Assembly: GCA_043732305.1 (NCBI GenBank)
Contig: JAYTHU010000031.1
Location: 4,739 to 68,738, forward strand
DNA: 64,000 nucleotides
Direction of reading: 5' to 3'
Source: Oligoflexia bacterium
GTDB lineage: Bacteria > Bdellovibrionota > Bdellovibrionia > JABDDW01
Within the stretch, counting starts at the first letter, position 1; each line of letters opens with the position of its first letter. This document shows positions 1 through 10,397 of this stretch, in pieces. Below the pieces are notes generated by a model. That model was not told the DNA's origin. It did not search any database and saw only the letters and a list, made by a program, of their open reading frames with translations. A program made the translations under genes and the position numbers.

Positions 1-867
1 TTTTGAACAACCGGCTTTTTCCATTTTTTGCATCAGTGGGACGAGTGCACTTTCTGATGATGATGTCCCAAGAACCAAAAGAATTTCTTCTTTGATATAG
101 AATAAAAATTTAAAAATATTAAATCGACAGTAAACTCCCACGAGTCCTAGAAATGCAAAAACGAAAATCACACAGGTTAGGTAAAAACATCCCATCAAAG
201 ATGCTAGTGGCGCAAGCGCGTGAAGCCCGTATTTTCCAATGGTGAAAGCCATGGCCCCGCCGGCACCAAGTGGCGCAAGCATCATGACGGTTTTCATCAT
301 CGCAAATAAAACTGCAGAAAGTTTTTCGATCAGATCGTGAACTGTTTTTCCGGACTCACCAATCTTATTCATCGCATAACCAAAGAGAACGGCAAGAAGC
401 AAAACTTGTAAAAGATCGCCTGATCCGGTGAACGCTTCAACAAAAGTTTTTGGAACTATGTGAGCAACAATACCGACAAGACTATTTCCATATCCACCGG
501 CCACATTCGCTTTTTGAGTGTACTGAGAAACAGCGGTTGCATCGAGGGTCAGTGGATTCACATTGAAGCCTTTGCCTGGCTTCAACACGTTTGCAATCAA
601 GAGCCCAAGCGCAAGAGCGATTGTCGAGAGCACTTCAAAATACAGAAGTGTTTTCAGACCAACTCGACCAACTTTTTTCATGTCGCCCGCGCCAGAAATT
701 CCCAAAACCACGGTACAGAAGATGAGTGGAGCAATCAGCATTTTGATCAGAGAGATAAAAGTATCTCCCAAAACTTTCAGCTGCACACCCACGTCTGGTG
801 CAAAAAACCCAATGAGCGCGCCGGTTGCAATGCCAATGAGTACCCATAAATAAAGATGTTTAGTCAT
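1..867 (-). CDS. dctA: C4-dicarboxylate:H+ symporter (DAACS family), runs off the window edge
   Basis: Not in the ORF track. Manual minus-strand translation from ATG 867 gives MTKHLYLWVLIGIATG...FISLIKMLIAPLIF...KKVGRVGLKTLLYFEVLST...IKEEILLVLGTSSSESAL..MEKAGCSK, which are DctA/GltP signature motifs. Confidence 0.9.
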   Translation of the reverse strand, partial: MTKHLYLWVLIGIATGALIGFFAPDVGVQLKVLGDTFISLIKMLIAPLIFCTVVLGISGAGDMKKVGRVGLKTLLYFEVLSTIALALGLLIANVLKPGKGFNVNPLTLDATAVSQYTQKANVAGGYGNSLVGIVAHIVPKTFVEAFTGSGDLLQVLLLAVLFGYAMNKIGESGKTVHDLIEKLSAVLFAMMKTVMMLAPLGAGGAMAFTIGKYGLHALAPLASLMGCFYLTCVIFVFAFLGLVGVYCRFNIFKFLFYIKEEILLVLGTSSSESALVPLMQKMEKAGCSK

Positions 868-1696
868 TTGATTTTTGACTGCGACCACAAACTTGAGGAG
901 CCCGGAAAAATCTTTTTTGTGATTTCACTGTGAGGCAAAGATCATCTTGAGCACAACCGGCCACCGGCAATGATTCAGTGGGAATCAGACGCGGCGGTTG
1001 TTTACCTTTTGGAATCGGAACAATAGACCAAGTCCCTTTGGTGGTGACCTTGAGCCACACACCTTCAATATCTAAACTTTTAAATATGTCATTGCCCGAA
1101 ATAAACCAAGGGCCATCATCCATGGGCAGCGCCCAGGATTTAAATGGTACACCTTTTTTATTTACTTCATTCAGAGTGAGAACTTCTAGCCCCGAGTGAT
1201 GAAGCTTAAATTTCTTGAGCTTGCCATTGGTGGTCAAAATAGAAATACTTTTTCCACCCTCTATTTGTGAGGCAAACACCTGATGAATTCGTCCCTGACA
1301 CGTGGATTTACAATTATTGTAAACAATTTGATTTTGGTCTGCAAAACTTGGATCGATCATAAGCGAAAGTGGAAGACCGTTCTTTTTTCTCCACTCTTGA
1401 ACTGTGAGAGCAAATTGCTTACGGTTACCCTGACGCAACAAATGATCATTTACAGTTGTGCCAAGATCTTTTCTGAACGTCATGTATTCTTTTTGAGGCT
1501 GACAAGTTTTTGGGATCACGGGATCAGGAGAAGGCGCCACCACGACGGCGGGTTGCGTGGGCGGGACAGCAACAACCACTACCGAAGGAGCGGGCGTAGC
1601 TGTCAATTCTTTTTTCATTTTTTTTGCGTAAAATGCGGACATAACGAGTAGCGCCACAAGTAAGATCAAAGAAACTAGCGAGGCATTGCGCTTCAT
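860..1696 (-). CDS. Hypothetical membrane-anchored or secreted protein with a Pro/Val-rich linker
   Basis: 278 aa; N-terminal hydrophobic helix, PAPSVVVVAVPPTQP linker, several Cys. Overlaps the scpB stop and the dctA start. Confidence 0.7.
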   Translation of the reverse strand: MKRNASLVSLILLVALLVMSAFYAKKMKKELTATPAPSVVVVAVPPTQPAVVVAPSPDPVIPKTCQPQKEYMTFRKDLGTTVNDHLLRQGNRKQFALTVQEWRKKNGLPLSLMIDPSFADQNQIVYNNCKSTCQGRIHQVFASQIEGGKSISILTTNGKLKKFKLHHSGLEVLTLNEVNKKGVPFKSWALPMDDGPWFISGNDIFKSLDIEGVWLKVTTKGTWSIVPIPKGKQPPRLIPTESLPVAGCAQDDLCLTVKSQKRFFRAPQVCGRSQKSND

Positions 1697-2736
1697 TCTA
1701 TACGCGCGGCCATGCGAGCGTCAAACTTAGTGAGCCATCTGTCTTCTTCGGCGGGAATAGTTTCGCCCACAATTTTTCTTTCACGCAAATCCTGAGCACG
1801 CTCAGCTTCTTTGCGTTCACGTTCGCGAATTTTTTCTTTTTCGAAAAATTCCGTTGTGGTAGTGATTGTTCCCAGTTCTTCAGTGATGGAGAGGAGTTCA
1901 TTTTCGCTATCGGAATATGATTTTCCAGACGGAAGACCAATCTTATCACTCAATGTTCCAAGAGTTTCTGATTCTAAACCCGTGACATCACTGTTTTCTC
2001 CGATGCCTTCAGGAATGAGCTCGTCAATTTCACTAAGTGTAGGAAGTTCGCGAATATTTCTGAGACCAAAAAGTTCCAAAAATTTTCGACTGGTTCCGTA
2101 GAGCATGGGCTTTCCAGGCAAATCTGATTTTCCAGTAAATTTAATGAGATCTTTTTCCATCAGAGCGCGAACCAAATGTCCAGATTCAACTCCGCGAATT
2201 TGATCAACTTCAGCTTTCACAACGGGTTGCTTGTAAGCAACGACGCTCAAAACCTCAAGCGCAGGGCCTGATAGTTTAAACGGACGAGCCTTCACCATGC
2301 GTTTGATCCAAGGAGAATTATCCATCTTTGTTCTCAGCTGAAATCCACCGGCCACTTCTTCTAAAGTGATCCCACGATTTCCCCCTGCATATTCGGTTTG
2401 CAAAAGATCGAGAACATTTTTAACTCGGTCAGTGTCTACGTTTGTTCCGTAAAAAAGTGCCGCAATAGTTTTCACACTCATAGGATGCGGAGAAGAAAAC
2501 AACACGCTTTCCACAATAGATTGAGTTTCTATCGTGGTAAGTTCAGAAGGTAAAATTTCTTCCACTAATTCAAGAGCAGGATTGCTTAAATTTGCAGTTC
2601 TCGTCTCTTCGCTGACTTCAACAAGTTCAGCGCTTTCTTCCGGAATATCCATAGCCATTTCCAGATCCATCTCTTCTGTTAGACCTAAACCGATTTCTTG
2701 ATTTTCAGTATTTTCTAAATTTTCCATTTCGCTCAT
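1693..2736 (-). CDS. scpB: SMC-Scp complex subunit ScpB with acidic N- and C-terminal extensions
   Basis: Motifs EVAGGFQLRT, LSGPALEVLSVVAYKQPV, IRGV, PGKPMLYGTS..FLELFGL..L.ELP. Confidence 0.95.
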   Translation of the reverse strand: MSEMENLENTENQEIGLGLTEEMDLEMAMDIPEESAELVEVSEETRTANLSNPALELVEEILPSELTTIETQSIVESVLFSSPHPMSVKTIAALFYGTNVDTDRVKNVLDLLQTEYAGGNRGITLEEVAGGFQLRTKMDNSPWIKRMVKARPFKLSGPALEVLSVVAYKQPVVKAEVDQIRGVESGHLVRALMEKDLIKFTGKSDLPGKPMLYGTSRKFLELFGLRNIRELPTLSEIDELIPEGIGENSDVTGLESETLGTLSDKIGLPSGKSYSDSENELLSITEELGTITTTTEFFEKEKIRERERKEAERAQDLRERKIVGETIPAEEDRWLTKFDARMAARIE

Positions 2737-3785
2737 TCTATTTCTCCTGATTCAACGGCCAAAACTTCAGCGTCATTTTCTAAAGAAGCTAAATCCAATT
2801 GAGATTCCACTGACTCTTGAATACTTTCAGTTTCTAAATCTGCTTTTGCTTCCACCATAATTTTGTTGGCGGTGATCTCAGCATCCAAATTGTCGAATTC
2901 CTGAACGCGTCTGACAATGTCATCCGTGCTCACAAGCTTAACAGTATCGATGTAAATGGGCGCAAGTGGTTCGGTCTGAAATATTCTCGTATAACCTAAG
3001 CGCGAAAGTTCAAGCAAACTCAAAAACGTGATCATGAGTTCGGTTCTAGTGAACTCTGCGTTTAGTAAATCTCTGAACTCAATTCTCTGACCAACAACCA
3101 ATCTGTCTTTAATCTCCAGAAGTCTCGCAGCAATACTAAGACCTTTGTTATTGACCGTGTGAACAGTCGCAACCACTTCTTTTTGCAATTGGCGGAAAGC
3201 AGAAATAAGTCCAAAGAGACCTTTGTCGTCCACAATAATTTCATCATCACCACTGGCAACAATGTTTTCACGAGATCCTCTGAGCCAAATGTCCCGGCCC
3301 AGCAAAGGACGTTTATAAAGTTGTCTCCCCGCTTCTTGATATTTTTGATACTCAAGAAGTTTTTGAACGAGTTCCTTGCGAGGATCCACAGCAATCTCTT
3401 CGCCGTTTTCTCCGTAGCTCGGAACCAACATGCGACTCTTGATGTAGATGAGAGTTGCGGCCATGGCCACAAATTCGCCAGCCACTTCCAGATTCAATTC
3501 CTTCATGATCTGGATATATTCGAGATATTGCTTGGTGATGGTGTGAACCGGAATATCGTAAATGTCTAATTCGTCTTTTTTGATGAGATATAAAAGTAGA
3601 GAAAGCGGTCCTTCAAAAGTATCAAGTTGGACATTCAGCGGCATGATTGAAGCAAAGCCCGCGAGTACTGGCGAAGTTTCAGCCGTGGTGAGAGCTGTGG
3701 CCAATTGATTGCTTGTGTGTCCAAGCTGAGTGAGTCCCGCCGAAACGGAGCCCATTCCCCTTGTAGGTGTGGCGACTGAATCCAA
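2733..3785 (-). CDS. scpA: Segregation and condensation protein ScpA (true start possibly downstream, at MPLNVQL)
   Basis: Motifs FEGPLSLLLYLI, DIYDIP, AGEFVAMAATLIYIKSRML, TFLSLLEL; adjacent to scpB. Confidence 0.95.
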   Translation of the reverse strand: MDSVATPTRGMGSVSAGLTQLGHTSNQLATALTTAETSPVLAGFASIMPLNVQLDTFEGPLSLLLYLIKKDELDIYDIPVHTITKQYLEYIQIMKELNLEVAGEFVAMAATLIYIKSRMLVPSYGENGEEIAVDPRKELVQKLLEYQKYQEAGRQLYKRPLLGRDIWLRGSRENIVASGDDEIIVDDKGLFGLISAFRQLQKEVVATVHTVNNKGLSIAARLLEIKDRLVVGQRIEFRDLLNAEFTRTELMITFLSLLELSRLGYTRIFQTEPLAPIYIDTVKLVSTDDIVRRVQEFDNLDAEITANKIMVEAKADLETESIQESVESQLDLASLENDAEVLAVESGEIE

Positions 3786-4835
3786 TTACTTTCCCCTTGT
3801 GTTACTGATTCCCATGGAGCCTTTGACCATCTTCATAGTCTCTGCGGCTTCCGCTTTTGCCCGAGAGCATCCATCGCCAATGATTTCATCAAGCTCTACT
3901 GGATTATTCAAGAGACTTTTTTTCTTTTCGAGAGGTTCTTTCATAAATTGATTGATATTGGCCGCTAATTTCAACTTGCAATCGCCGCAACCAATGGCCG
4001 CAATCCGGCAATCTCGGTCGATCTCGGCTCGTTCTTGATCATTGGAAAATAGTTTGTGAAACGAAAAAACGGGACAAACATCAGGGTTTCCGGGATCGTC
4101 ACGTCTGACGCGCGCAGGGTCGGTCACCATCTTTTTAGTGATGGTAAAGACTTCTGCAGGCTCTGCAAGCAGCGGCATAGTGTTGTTATAGCTCTTGCTC
4201 ATCTTTCGGCCGTCGAGACCAGGCAGCACCGGTGTTGAGGTCAACATGGCTTCAGGCTCAGGAAGTTTTCCTTTGTAGAGAAAATTAAATCTTCTTACAA
4301 TTTCGCGGGCAAGCTCCAAATGCGGAACTTGATCTTGCCCCACCGGAACTTTATTTCCTCTGAAAAGTGCAATATCCGCCGTTTGCAGCACTGGATAGGA
4401 ATATCTTCCAAGATTGTGTGCGTCTTTGAGCTTCATCTCCTCTATGGAATCTTTCCAGGTCGTGACACGGTCGAGCCAACCGAGCGGTGTCAGCAGATTG
4501 AAAATCTGATTGAGTTCGAGAAGTTCAGGGATTTCACTCTGGATGAAAATCACGGATTTCCGAGGATCGACACCAAAAGCTATCCACTCGGCAATAATGA
4601 CGCGATTGAATTTATAAAAATAATCCGGAGTCTTGTAATGATCAGTTAATGCGTGCCAATTCATGGCGCCAAAAAAACACTGATAGTTTTTCTGCAGCTC
4701 GACCCAATTTTTCAGCGCGCCAAAGTAATTTCCAATATGAAGCTGATTGGTCGTGCGCATTCCGCTAAGCACTCTTTGCGGTGACTTGATGGGTTTGCCA
4801 TCGGTTAGGTTTTTAATTTCAGGAGAGGCCGACAT
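3786..4835 (-). CDS. trpS: Tryptophan--tRNA ligase
   Basis: HIGN (HIGH-like), YPVLQTADI, VPVGQDQ..HLEL and KMSKS motifs. Confidence 0.97.
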   Translation of the reverse strand: MSASPEIKNLTDGKPIKSPQRVLSGMRTTNQLHIGNYFGALKNWVELQKNYQCFFGAMNWHALTDHYKTPDYFYKFNRVIIAEWIAFGVDPRKSVIFIQSEIPELLELNQIFNLLTPLGWLDRVTTWKDSIEEMKLKDAHNLGRYSYPVLQTADIALFRGNKVPVGQDQVPHLELAREIVRRFNFLYKGKLPEPEAMLTSTPVLPGLDGRKMSKSYNNTMPLLAEPAEVFTITKKMVTDPARVRRDDPGNPDVCPVFSFHKLFSNDQERAEIDRDCRIAAIGCGDCKLKLAANINQFMKEPLEKKKSLLNNPVELDEIIGDGCSRAKAEAAETMKMVKGSMGISNTRGK

Positions 4836-5501
4836 TTACATGACTCCAAAAAGAGTCAGACTACTTGAGAGCATGAATTCAGCTGTTTTAATCACAGGAG
4901 TAAAAATAATTTTACCGAATCCACCAAAAATAAATAGCGCAATCAGCACGATGCTAAAAACTGGTTGGAGCTCTTCTAACTTTCGATTCATTTTTTCTGT
5001 CAAAAAGATGGCAATAATTTTTCCACCATCGAGTGGATGAATGGGGATTAAATTAAAAAATGCCAATGACAAATTTATCATGATGAAAGTTTTTGCAAAT
5101 TCGACAATCGCATGAGAGAAGGTGGCATTCTCAAAAAATCTCAAAGTTCCTGCAAAAATTAGAGTGCCAATGATCGCCATGATCACGTTTGATGCCGGCC
5201 CAGCACTCGCAACCAGCGCCATTCCCGCGCGACGATTTTTGAAGTTTCGATCATTCACCGGCACAGGCTTTGCCCATCCAAAAAAAGGCGCACCAGTTGT
5301 GATAGCAATAATCGGCAGAATAAATGTTCCTAAAATATCCGCATGTGCGAAAGGATTTATTGTGAGGCGCCCCATAAGTTTGGCGGTGTTGTCACCAAGC
5401 CTCGCTGCGACAAATCCATGAGCGTACTCATGCACTGAAAGGGCAAACAAAAACGGGATGAGAAACATCCCAACTCTAACGGCGGTATCGGCTATATCCA
5501 T
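4836..5501 (-). CDS. Site-2 protease family (M50) intramembrane zinc metalloprotease
   Basis: HEYAH, GWAKPVP, AGPASN and FNLIPIHPLDG motifs. Confidence 0.93.
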   Translation of the reverse strand: MDIADTAVRVGMFLIPFLFALSVHEYAHGFVAARLGDNTAKLMGRLTINPFAHADILGTFILPIIAITTGAPFFGWAKPVPVNDRNFKNRRAGMALVASAGPASNVIMAIIGTLIFAGTLRFFENATFSHAIVEFAKTFIMINLSLAFFNLIPIHPLDGGKIIAIFLTEKMNRKLEELQPVFSIVLIALFIFGGFGKIIFTPVIKTAEFMLSSSLTLFGVM

Positions 5502-5650
5502 AGGCTAGAAAATAACACCGGACGTCTGGATTTTGCAATTGTAGATAGTTAATAATTTGGCAAAATCTTGAGCCGAGCACAGATATAAACAGTGCCGGGC
5601 CAGCCCTAGAGCCCGTAATTTTCAGGTTAAAGCTCCTGCTACGCTGAACT

Positions 5651-6235
5651 CTACCCAAGCTTATCGAGAATCATCCGAGCTTCGGGCCGGGAGTTGCCAA
5701 GCCCTTCAAGTTTATTGATATCCAGGTAATCTTGCATCCTAAGTTTGGCGGCAAATCCAATAACAATTCTAGTGTATGGCCTGAAATCCCAAAACTTATC
5801 TTCAGGCCGGCGCGGCCCCTTGTTTTTATTCCATTTCGTGAGATGCAGACTGATAGCACCCGTCACTCCGCAAATAAATTTTTCATAGGTGAACCGATTT
5901 TTTAATTTGATCATGAGATGCAGATGATTCCCAACGTTGGCGCAATTGAGAATCTCGACGCCCCACTTCTTAGATATTTTTTTTAAAATATATTGAATGA
6001 ATCTGGCGTTTTCTTTTTTCCAAAACGACTTGCCTTCCTTAGCCTGGGAAGATCTCAACACGAGATGAATCGGATATTTTGTCGAAAGCGGCCGAGCCGT
6101 CCGATGCGCCCTCTCCGTGGTCAGCAATCCCCCAAAAAAATGCTGAATATTAAAAGTTTTCCCGCCAAAGCTCTGCTGCGCATTTCTCTGCCTGCGTTTT
6201 GCTTTTTTCCTGGGTCGCCCTTTTGCTTTGCTCAC
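5651..6235 (-). mobile_element. HUH Y1 transposase-like protein (IS200/RAYT type)
   Basis: PIHLVLR, NVGNHLHL (HUH), FW..RPY.R motif and a C-terminal DYL..N helix carrying the catalytic Tyr; basic N-terminus; GTG start. Confidence 0.75.
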
Positions 6236-6488
6236 GATCGTCTAATCCTCACTTCTAAATCTAATACTGTCTGAATCCAAATCTGAGCTATAAGCTCTAG
6301 CTCTAAGCTACTAAATTCAATCCACCTTCAACAGAAAAACCAGCTTAAAAGTTTTATCCTATTTTCAATCATAACTTTCAATAAAATAATGTGAGCGCAG
6401 GTATATTTATGATCAAAATATTGAGTGAAGACATGTTCAACCTGCACTCGAATATCTAAAGACGCCGTCTAAATAAGTTCAAAAAAAA

Positions 6489-7514
6489 CTAGATTAAAAA
6501 TTTGGCGACGGAGATGAGATCGGATTTTTGGAAATAGCTGGATACGTACGGGCATTTAGTTGTTAGCAAACACATCACGGGTTTGGCCAATTGTTTTTGA
6601 TGATCAGAGAAGAGATAAAAATTTGCTTGGCCTTTGCTGATGATCAAATCGCATTTCTGAAGGGCTTCTTCTAATTCGGGAGATTTTTCTTCCCATGAGA
6701 TTCCGAGGGTGTCCGGACCGGCGCAAATAATCATGTCGGCATAATCTTGCATCTTCACATAGAGTCCATCTTCCAATGTCGCATCACTGGTGATGGGGCC
6801 GCCGCGCAGAGCACTCATCACAAACCAACCGCGAGCGCGTAAATCTGCAATCAGATAACGATCAAACGCAATCTCGCCAACATTGTCATGAATAAAAAGG
6901 GCATGAGGTTTTGCAAAATTATTATGATGAGGCGCCGATCTTGCGCCAGGATTTTGAGGGCTCGACGTTCCGCCCAATCCCATAGTACCGCCTATTCCAC
7001 CGTCAGAAACGGCAGCATTCATAGCCCATGTTTTTGGAACTTCGTTTACAAATTTATAAAAAACGGGAAGGTCATTCACTTGAAGGGGTTCACGCACTTT
7101 AGTCAAAACATGTTCTTCGATCTTAGCGATCGGCACTTCATAACCGGTGCCAACGGTTCTGAAATCAAGATGATTGGACGCAATCACCCATTTCACCAAA
7201 GTTTCAAAACGTTCCAACGTGTCTGGCATTGAAGCTAGTTTCAATGCGAGCTTATCAGATAGCGCGAGCCCAACATCGTTGCAGTTTTTTCGAAGCTGTT
7301 CGAAAGGAAGTCTTTGGCCCGTGACTTTTTTAGCTATGCGGTGAACTTCTGTGATGTAAACGCTAGGCAAAGTGTCGAAATTGAAATTTTCGCTGAGATA
7401 TTTCATCGCCTGGTTCATAACCGTGAGCTGAGTGGCATTGTCCACACCCATGAGTTTCACCGCGCCTGAGATATCGTCTATAATGCAACCGGCACAACCT
7501 TGCTCAGCTTTCAA
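6489..7514 (-). CDS. DUF89/ARMT1-like damage-control phosphatase
   Basis: N-terminal CxxC, SNHLD, DNVGEIAFD, PITSDAT, ISKGQANF and KCP motifs. Confidence 0.88.
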   Translation of the reverse strand: MKAEQGCAGCIIDDISGAVKLMGVDNATQLTVMNQAMKYLSENFNFDTLPSVYITEVHRIAKKVTGQRLPFEQLRKNCNDVGLALSDKLALKLASMPDTLERFETLVKWVIASNHLDFRTVGTGYEVPIAKIEEHVLTKVREPLQVNDLPVFYKFVNEVPKTWAMNAAVSDGGIGGTMGLGGTSSPQNPGARSAPHHNNFAKPHALFIHDNVGEIAFDRYLIADLRARGWFVMSALRGGPITSDATLEDGLYVKMQDYADMIICAGPDTLGISWEEKSPELEEALQKCDLIISKGQANFYLFSDHQKQLAKPVMCLLTTKCPYVSSYFQKSDLISVAKFLI

Positions 7515-7523
7515 AATTCAACC

Positions 7524-7982
7524 TCATGCTTGCGCCACAAAATCGTTGATCGTTTGCAGCGAAGTTCCGGGAGTAAAAATTCCGGTGACGCCCATTTTTT
7601 TGAGTTTTGGAATATCGTCCTCTGGAATAATCCCCCCGACAAAAACGCGAATATGCAAAAGTTTTGCGGCTTTCATCAATCGCATGATTTCTCGCACCAG
7701 GTGAATATGCGCACCGGAAAGAATACTCAAGCCCACAAGATCAACGTCTTCTTGAAGCGCCGCCGCCACAACCATTTGCGGTGTTTGATGGAGCCCTGTA
7801 TAAATGACTTCGTGGCCTGCATCGCGTAAAGATCTAGCGATCACTTTCGCGCCCCGATCATGCCCGTCAAGCCCCGGCTTCCCAATGAGCACCCGCTTGG
7901 GCCCAGTCGCCTTCGCAGGCTTTGCGGCTTTGGATTGAGTTTTTAACACAGGTTTTTTCGCTTTTGTTTTTTGTCTTGCCAT
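7524..7982 (-). CDS. Cobalamin-binding domain protein (acyl-CoA mutase small subunit)
   Basis: [33 protein letters not shown] and FTPGT motifs. Confidence 0.95.
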   Translation of the reverse strand: MARQKTKAKKPVLKTQSKAAKPAKATGPKRVLIGKPGLDGHDRGAKVIARSLRDAGHEVIYTGLHQTPQMVVAAALQEDVDLVGLSILSGAHIHLVREIMRLMKAAKLLHIRVFVGGIIPEDDIPKLKKMGVTGIFTPGTSLQTINDFVAQA

Positions 7983-8046
7983 GGTGCCAATATCCTATAA
8001 AAATGACGGGAATTAAGAAAGAAAAATATTGTTCAAGGAGATCCCC

Positions 8047-9180
8047 ATGTCTTTCCTATCCGAAGATGAAACCGCATTCCGTATGGCCGTCCGTGAATTT
8101 GCTGAAGGTCAAATCAAGCCTTTGGTTAGTAAAATGGATCATGAAGCGCAGATGGATGCCGGCTTAGTAAAGCAATTTTTCGAAATGGGACTCATGGCTA
8201 TCGAATCACCAGAAAAATACGGCGGCACTGAATCTAGTTTCTTTAATGCCTGCTTGGCAGTCGAAGAAGTTTCCCGCGTCGATGGATCATGCGGTGTTTT
8301 AGTGGACGTTCAAAACACTCTCGTCACGAACGCATTTTTAAAATGGGGCAATGAATCTCAAAAAGAAAAATATCTCAGCAAAATGTCACGCGAATGGGTT
8401 GGCGCATACGGCCTATCTGAAAGTTCCAGCGGATCAGATGCATTCGCTCTTCAATGTCGAGCCGAGAAAAAAGGCGAAAAGTGGATTTTGAACGGCCACA
8501 AACTTTGGATCACCAATGCAAAAGAAGCTGAATTATTTTTAGTTTTTGCAACCGTTGATAAAACTCTTGGCTACAAAGGGATTACCGCTTTCATAGTTGA
8601 AAAGTCTTTTCCCGGATTCACTATCGGAAAAAAAGAAGACAAGATGGGCATCAGAGCGTCTTCCACATGCGAATTGACTTTTGAAAACTGTGAAGTTCCT
8701 CTCGAAAACGTCATGGGCGATGTTGGCAAAGGTTACAAAGTGGCTATCGAAACTTTGAACGAAGGCCGCATCGGAATTGGTGCGCAAATGGTTGGAGTCG
8801 CTCAAGGTGCATTCGACATGACATTGAATTACATCAAGGGCCGACAACAATTTGGGAAATCTATTTCTGAATTCCAAGGCGTGCAATTTCAGTTGGCCGA
8901 AATGGCCATCAGCTTAGAGAGCGCGCGATTGATGGTTTATCACGCCGCTCGATTGAAAGACGCAAAACAGCCGTTCTTACGAGAAGCCGCGATGGCCAAA
9001 TATCATTCAAGCAAAGTCGCTGAAAAAGTAGCCTCGATGGCCGTTGATCTTTTGGGTGGAAATGGATTCACCAAAGAATATCCTGCCGAGAAATTCTACC
9101 GCGACGCCAAGATTGGCCAGATTTACGAAGGCACGAGCAACATGCAGCTCCAAACCGTCGCAAAATCATTCCTCGGGTAG
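8047..9180 (+). CDS. Short/branched-chain acyl-CoA dehydrogenase
   Basis: LSESSSGSDA, KLWITN, KMGIRAS.T, GRIGIGAQ, RQQFG, YRDAKIGQIYEGT; AAGGAG RBS before ATG 8047. Confidence 0.95.
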   Translation: MSFLSEDETAFRMAVREFAEGQIKPLVSKMDHEAQMDAGLVKQFFEMGLMAIESPEKYGGTESSFFNACLAVEEVSRVDGSCGVLVDVQNTLVTNAFLKWGNESQKEKYLSKMSREWVGAYGLSESSSGSDAFALQCRAEKKGEKWILNGHKLWITNAKEAELFLVFATVDKTLGYKGITAFIVEKSFPGFTIGKKEDKMGIRASSTCELTFENCEVPLENVMGDVGKGYKVAIETLNEGRIGIGAQMVGVAQGAFDMTLNYIKGRQQFGKSISEFQGVQFQLAEMAISLESARLMVYHAARLKDAKQPFLREAAMAKYHSSKVAEKVASMAVDLLGGNGFTKEYPAEKFYRDAKIGQIYEGTSNMQLQTVAKSFLG

Positions 9181-9259
9181 GCCGGTACGCCGTACCATAT
9201 CCGGAGTTGTAATCGATTTAAAAACAAATGTAGTTCCGGATATGGTACGGCGTACCGGC
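9181..9259. repeat. Perfect 25-bp inverted repeat with palindromic arms (REPIN/MITE-like or strong hairpin)
   Basis: GCCGGTACGCCGTACCATATCCGGA (9181-9205) and its exact reverse complement (9235-9259), 29-nt AT-rich spacer. Confidence 0.9.
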
Positions 9260-9284
9260 TTAAACTTTGCAATTAATGGGATCA

Positions 9285-10397
9285 ATGAAGTACAAAATCG
9301 ATCAAAATAACTCGAGGCTTGCCATATTGATTTTGGCGACATTCACGATGACAGCCTTTGTCATTGCGATGCCTGTTTTTGCTCATGCCGGCGACGTCAT
9401 CAACTGCACGTTTAAATTAAACAAAATCCGTTCGACAGAAGCCATTGATACCGTCGGAAAAACCGATATTGCCAATGGTGGCGAGATTATGATGGAGAAG
9501 CCCTTCGCACTAAAATCGTGGAGAAACGCGAACCTTTGGAAACAATTCAAAGCGTTCCCTGAACTATCTGTGCTGAGAGGAAATCAAGCCGTCGAAAGCC
9601 AACGTCAGTCGGAAAAAGGATTTTCACCCCCATTCCACACAGCTTCGGGTGCTCGAATTTTATTGAGAAGAGCAATCCTCACCGAACTTGCCTATTTTCA
9701 TCCCGATCAAGTGTCAGAGCACTTCTTCACTTCAAAACTCCTTAGCCCTGAAGCCAAGGGAATATATCTAAAGCAAATTGAACTCAAACAACTGCTCAGT
9801 GAATTAAAAAGACATCCTGCGCTTGGTGCACACAACATTGAACTGCTAATGAGAACACAAGACACGTTAATGATTGTTGCTGGCTACTGGAGAAGTTTCG
9901 TGATTCGTAGACCCGTGGACCTTCGCGGCGAATATGAAGCGGCGAAACTCGCTAACAGTGAGCTTGAAAAAGAGACCTCAAAAATATTTGGCATTCTCTA
10001 TGGTTATTTAAATCATGCCGCCGAAGCTGCAGCTACGTTCGAAAGACAAAACCGAACGTATTATTATTCTAAGGTTTTGGAATATCTTACTCAGCTCAAA
10101 CCAAGCGCATTCGCCCAAATAGCTTACGAGCGGTACAGTAAATTTAGATTAGATTCCAAAACTGAGACGCTAGCGCAGCCACCTCACCTCAGCGATCTCC
10201 ATGACATGGCAGTTAGAACACAAACGGAAATTGAAAATCGTCGTGGCGAAGATTTGGCGAAACGCGAAAAAGTCAGAATGAATATGATATTGATTCAAAA
10301 CCCACAAGCTGTGACCTCAGGAAATAAGGCGACCCTCACGGCCGTTTCTAGAGAGACCGGCGATACTCCCCGCCCACTTCAAAAAGACAGTGAGTGA
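9285..10397 (+). CDS. Hypothetical secreted helical protein
   Basis: Signal peptide ending VFAHA, then NCTFKL; no recognisable family; convergent 50-bp overlap with icmF. Confidence 0.7.
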   Translation: MKYKIDQNNSRLAILILATFTMTAFVIAMPVFAHAGDVINCTFKLNKIRSTEAIDTVGKTDIANGGEIMMEKPFALKSWRNANLWKQFKAFPELSVLRGNQAVESQRQSEKGFSPPFHTASGARILLRRAILTELAYFHPDQVSEHFFTSKLLSPEAKGIYLKQIELKQLLSELKRHPALGAHNIELLMRTQDTLMIVAGYWRSFVIRRPVDLRGEYEAAKLANSELEKETSKIFGILYGYLNHAAEAAATFERQNRTYYYSKVLEYLTQLKPSAFAQIAYERYSKFRLDSKTETLAQPPHLSDLHDMAVRTQTEIENRRGEDLAKREKVRMNMILIQNPQAVTSGNKATLTAVSRETGDTPRPLQKDSE

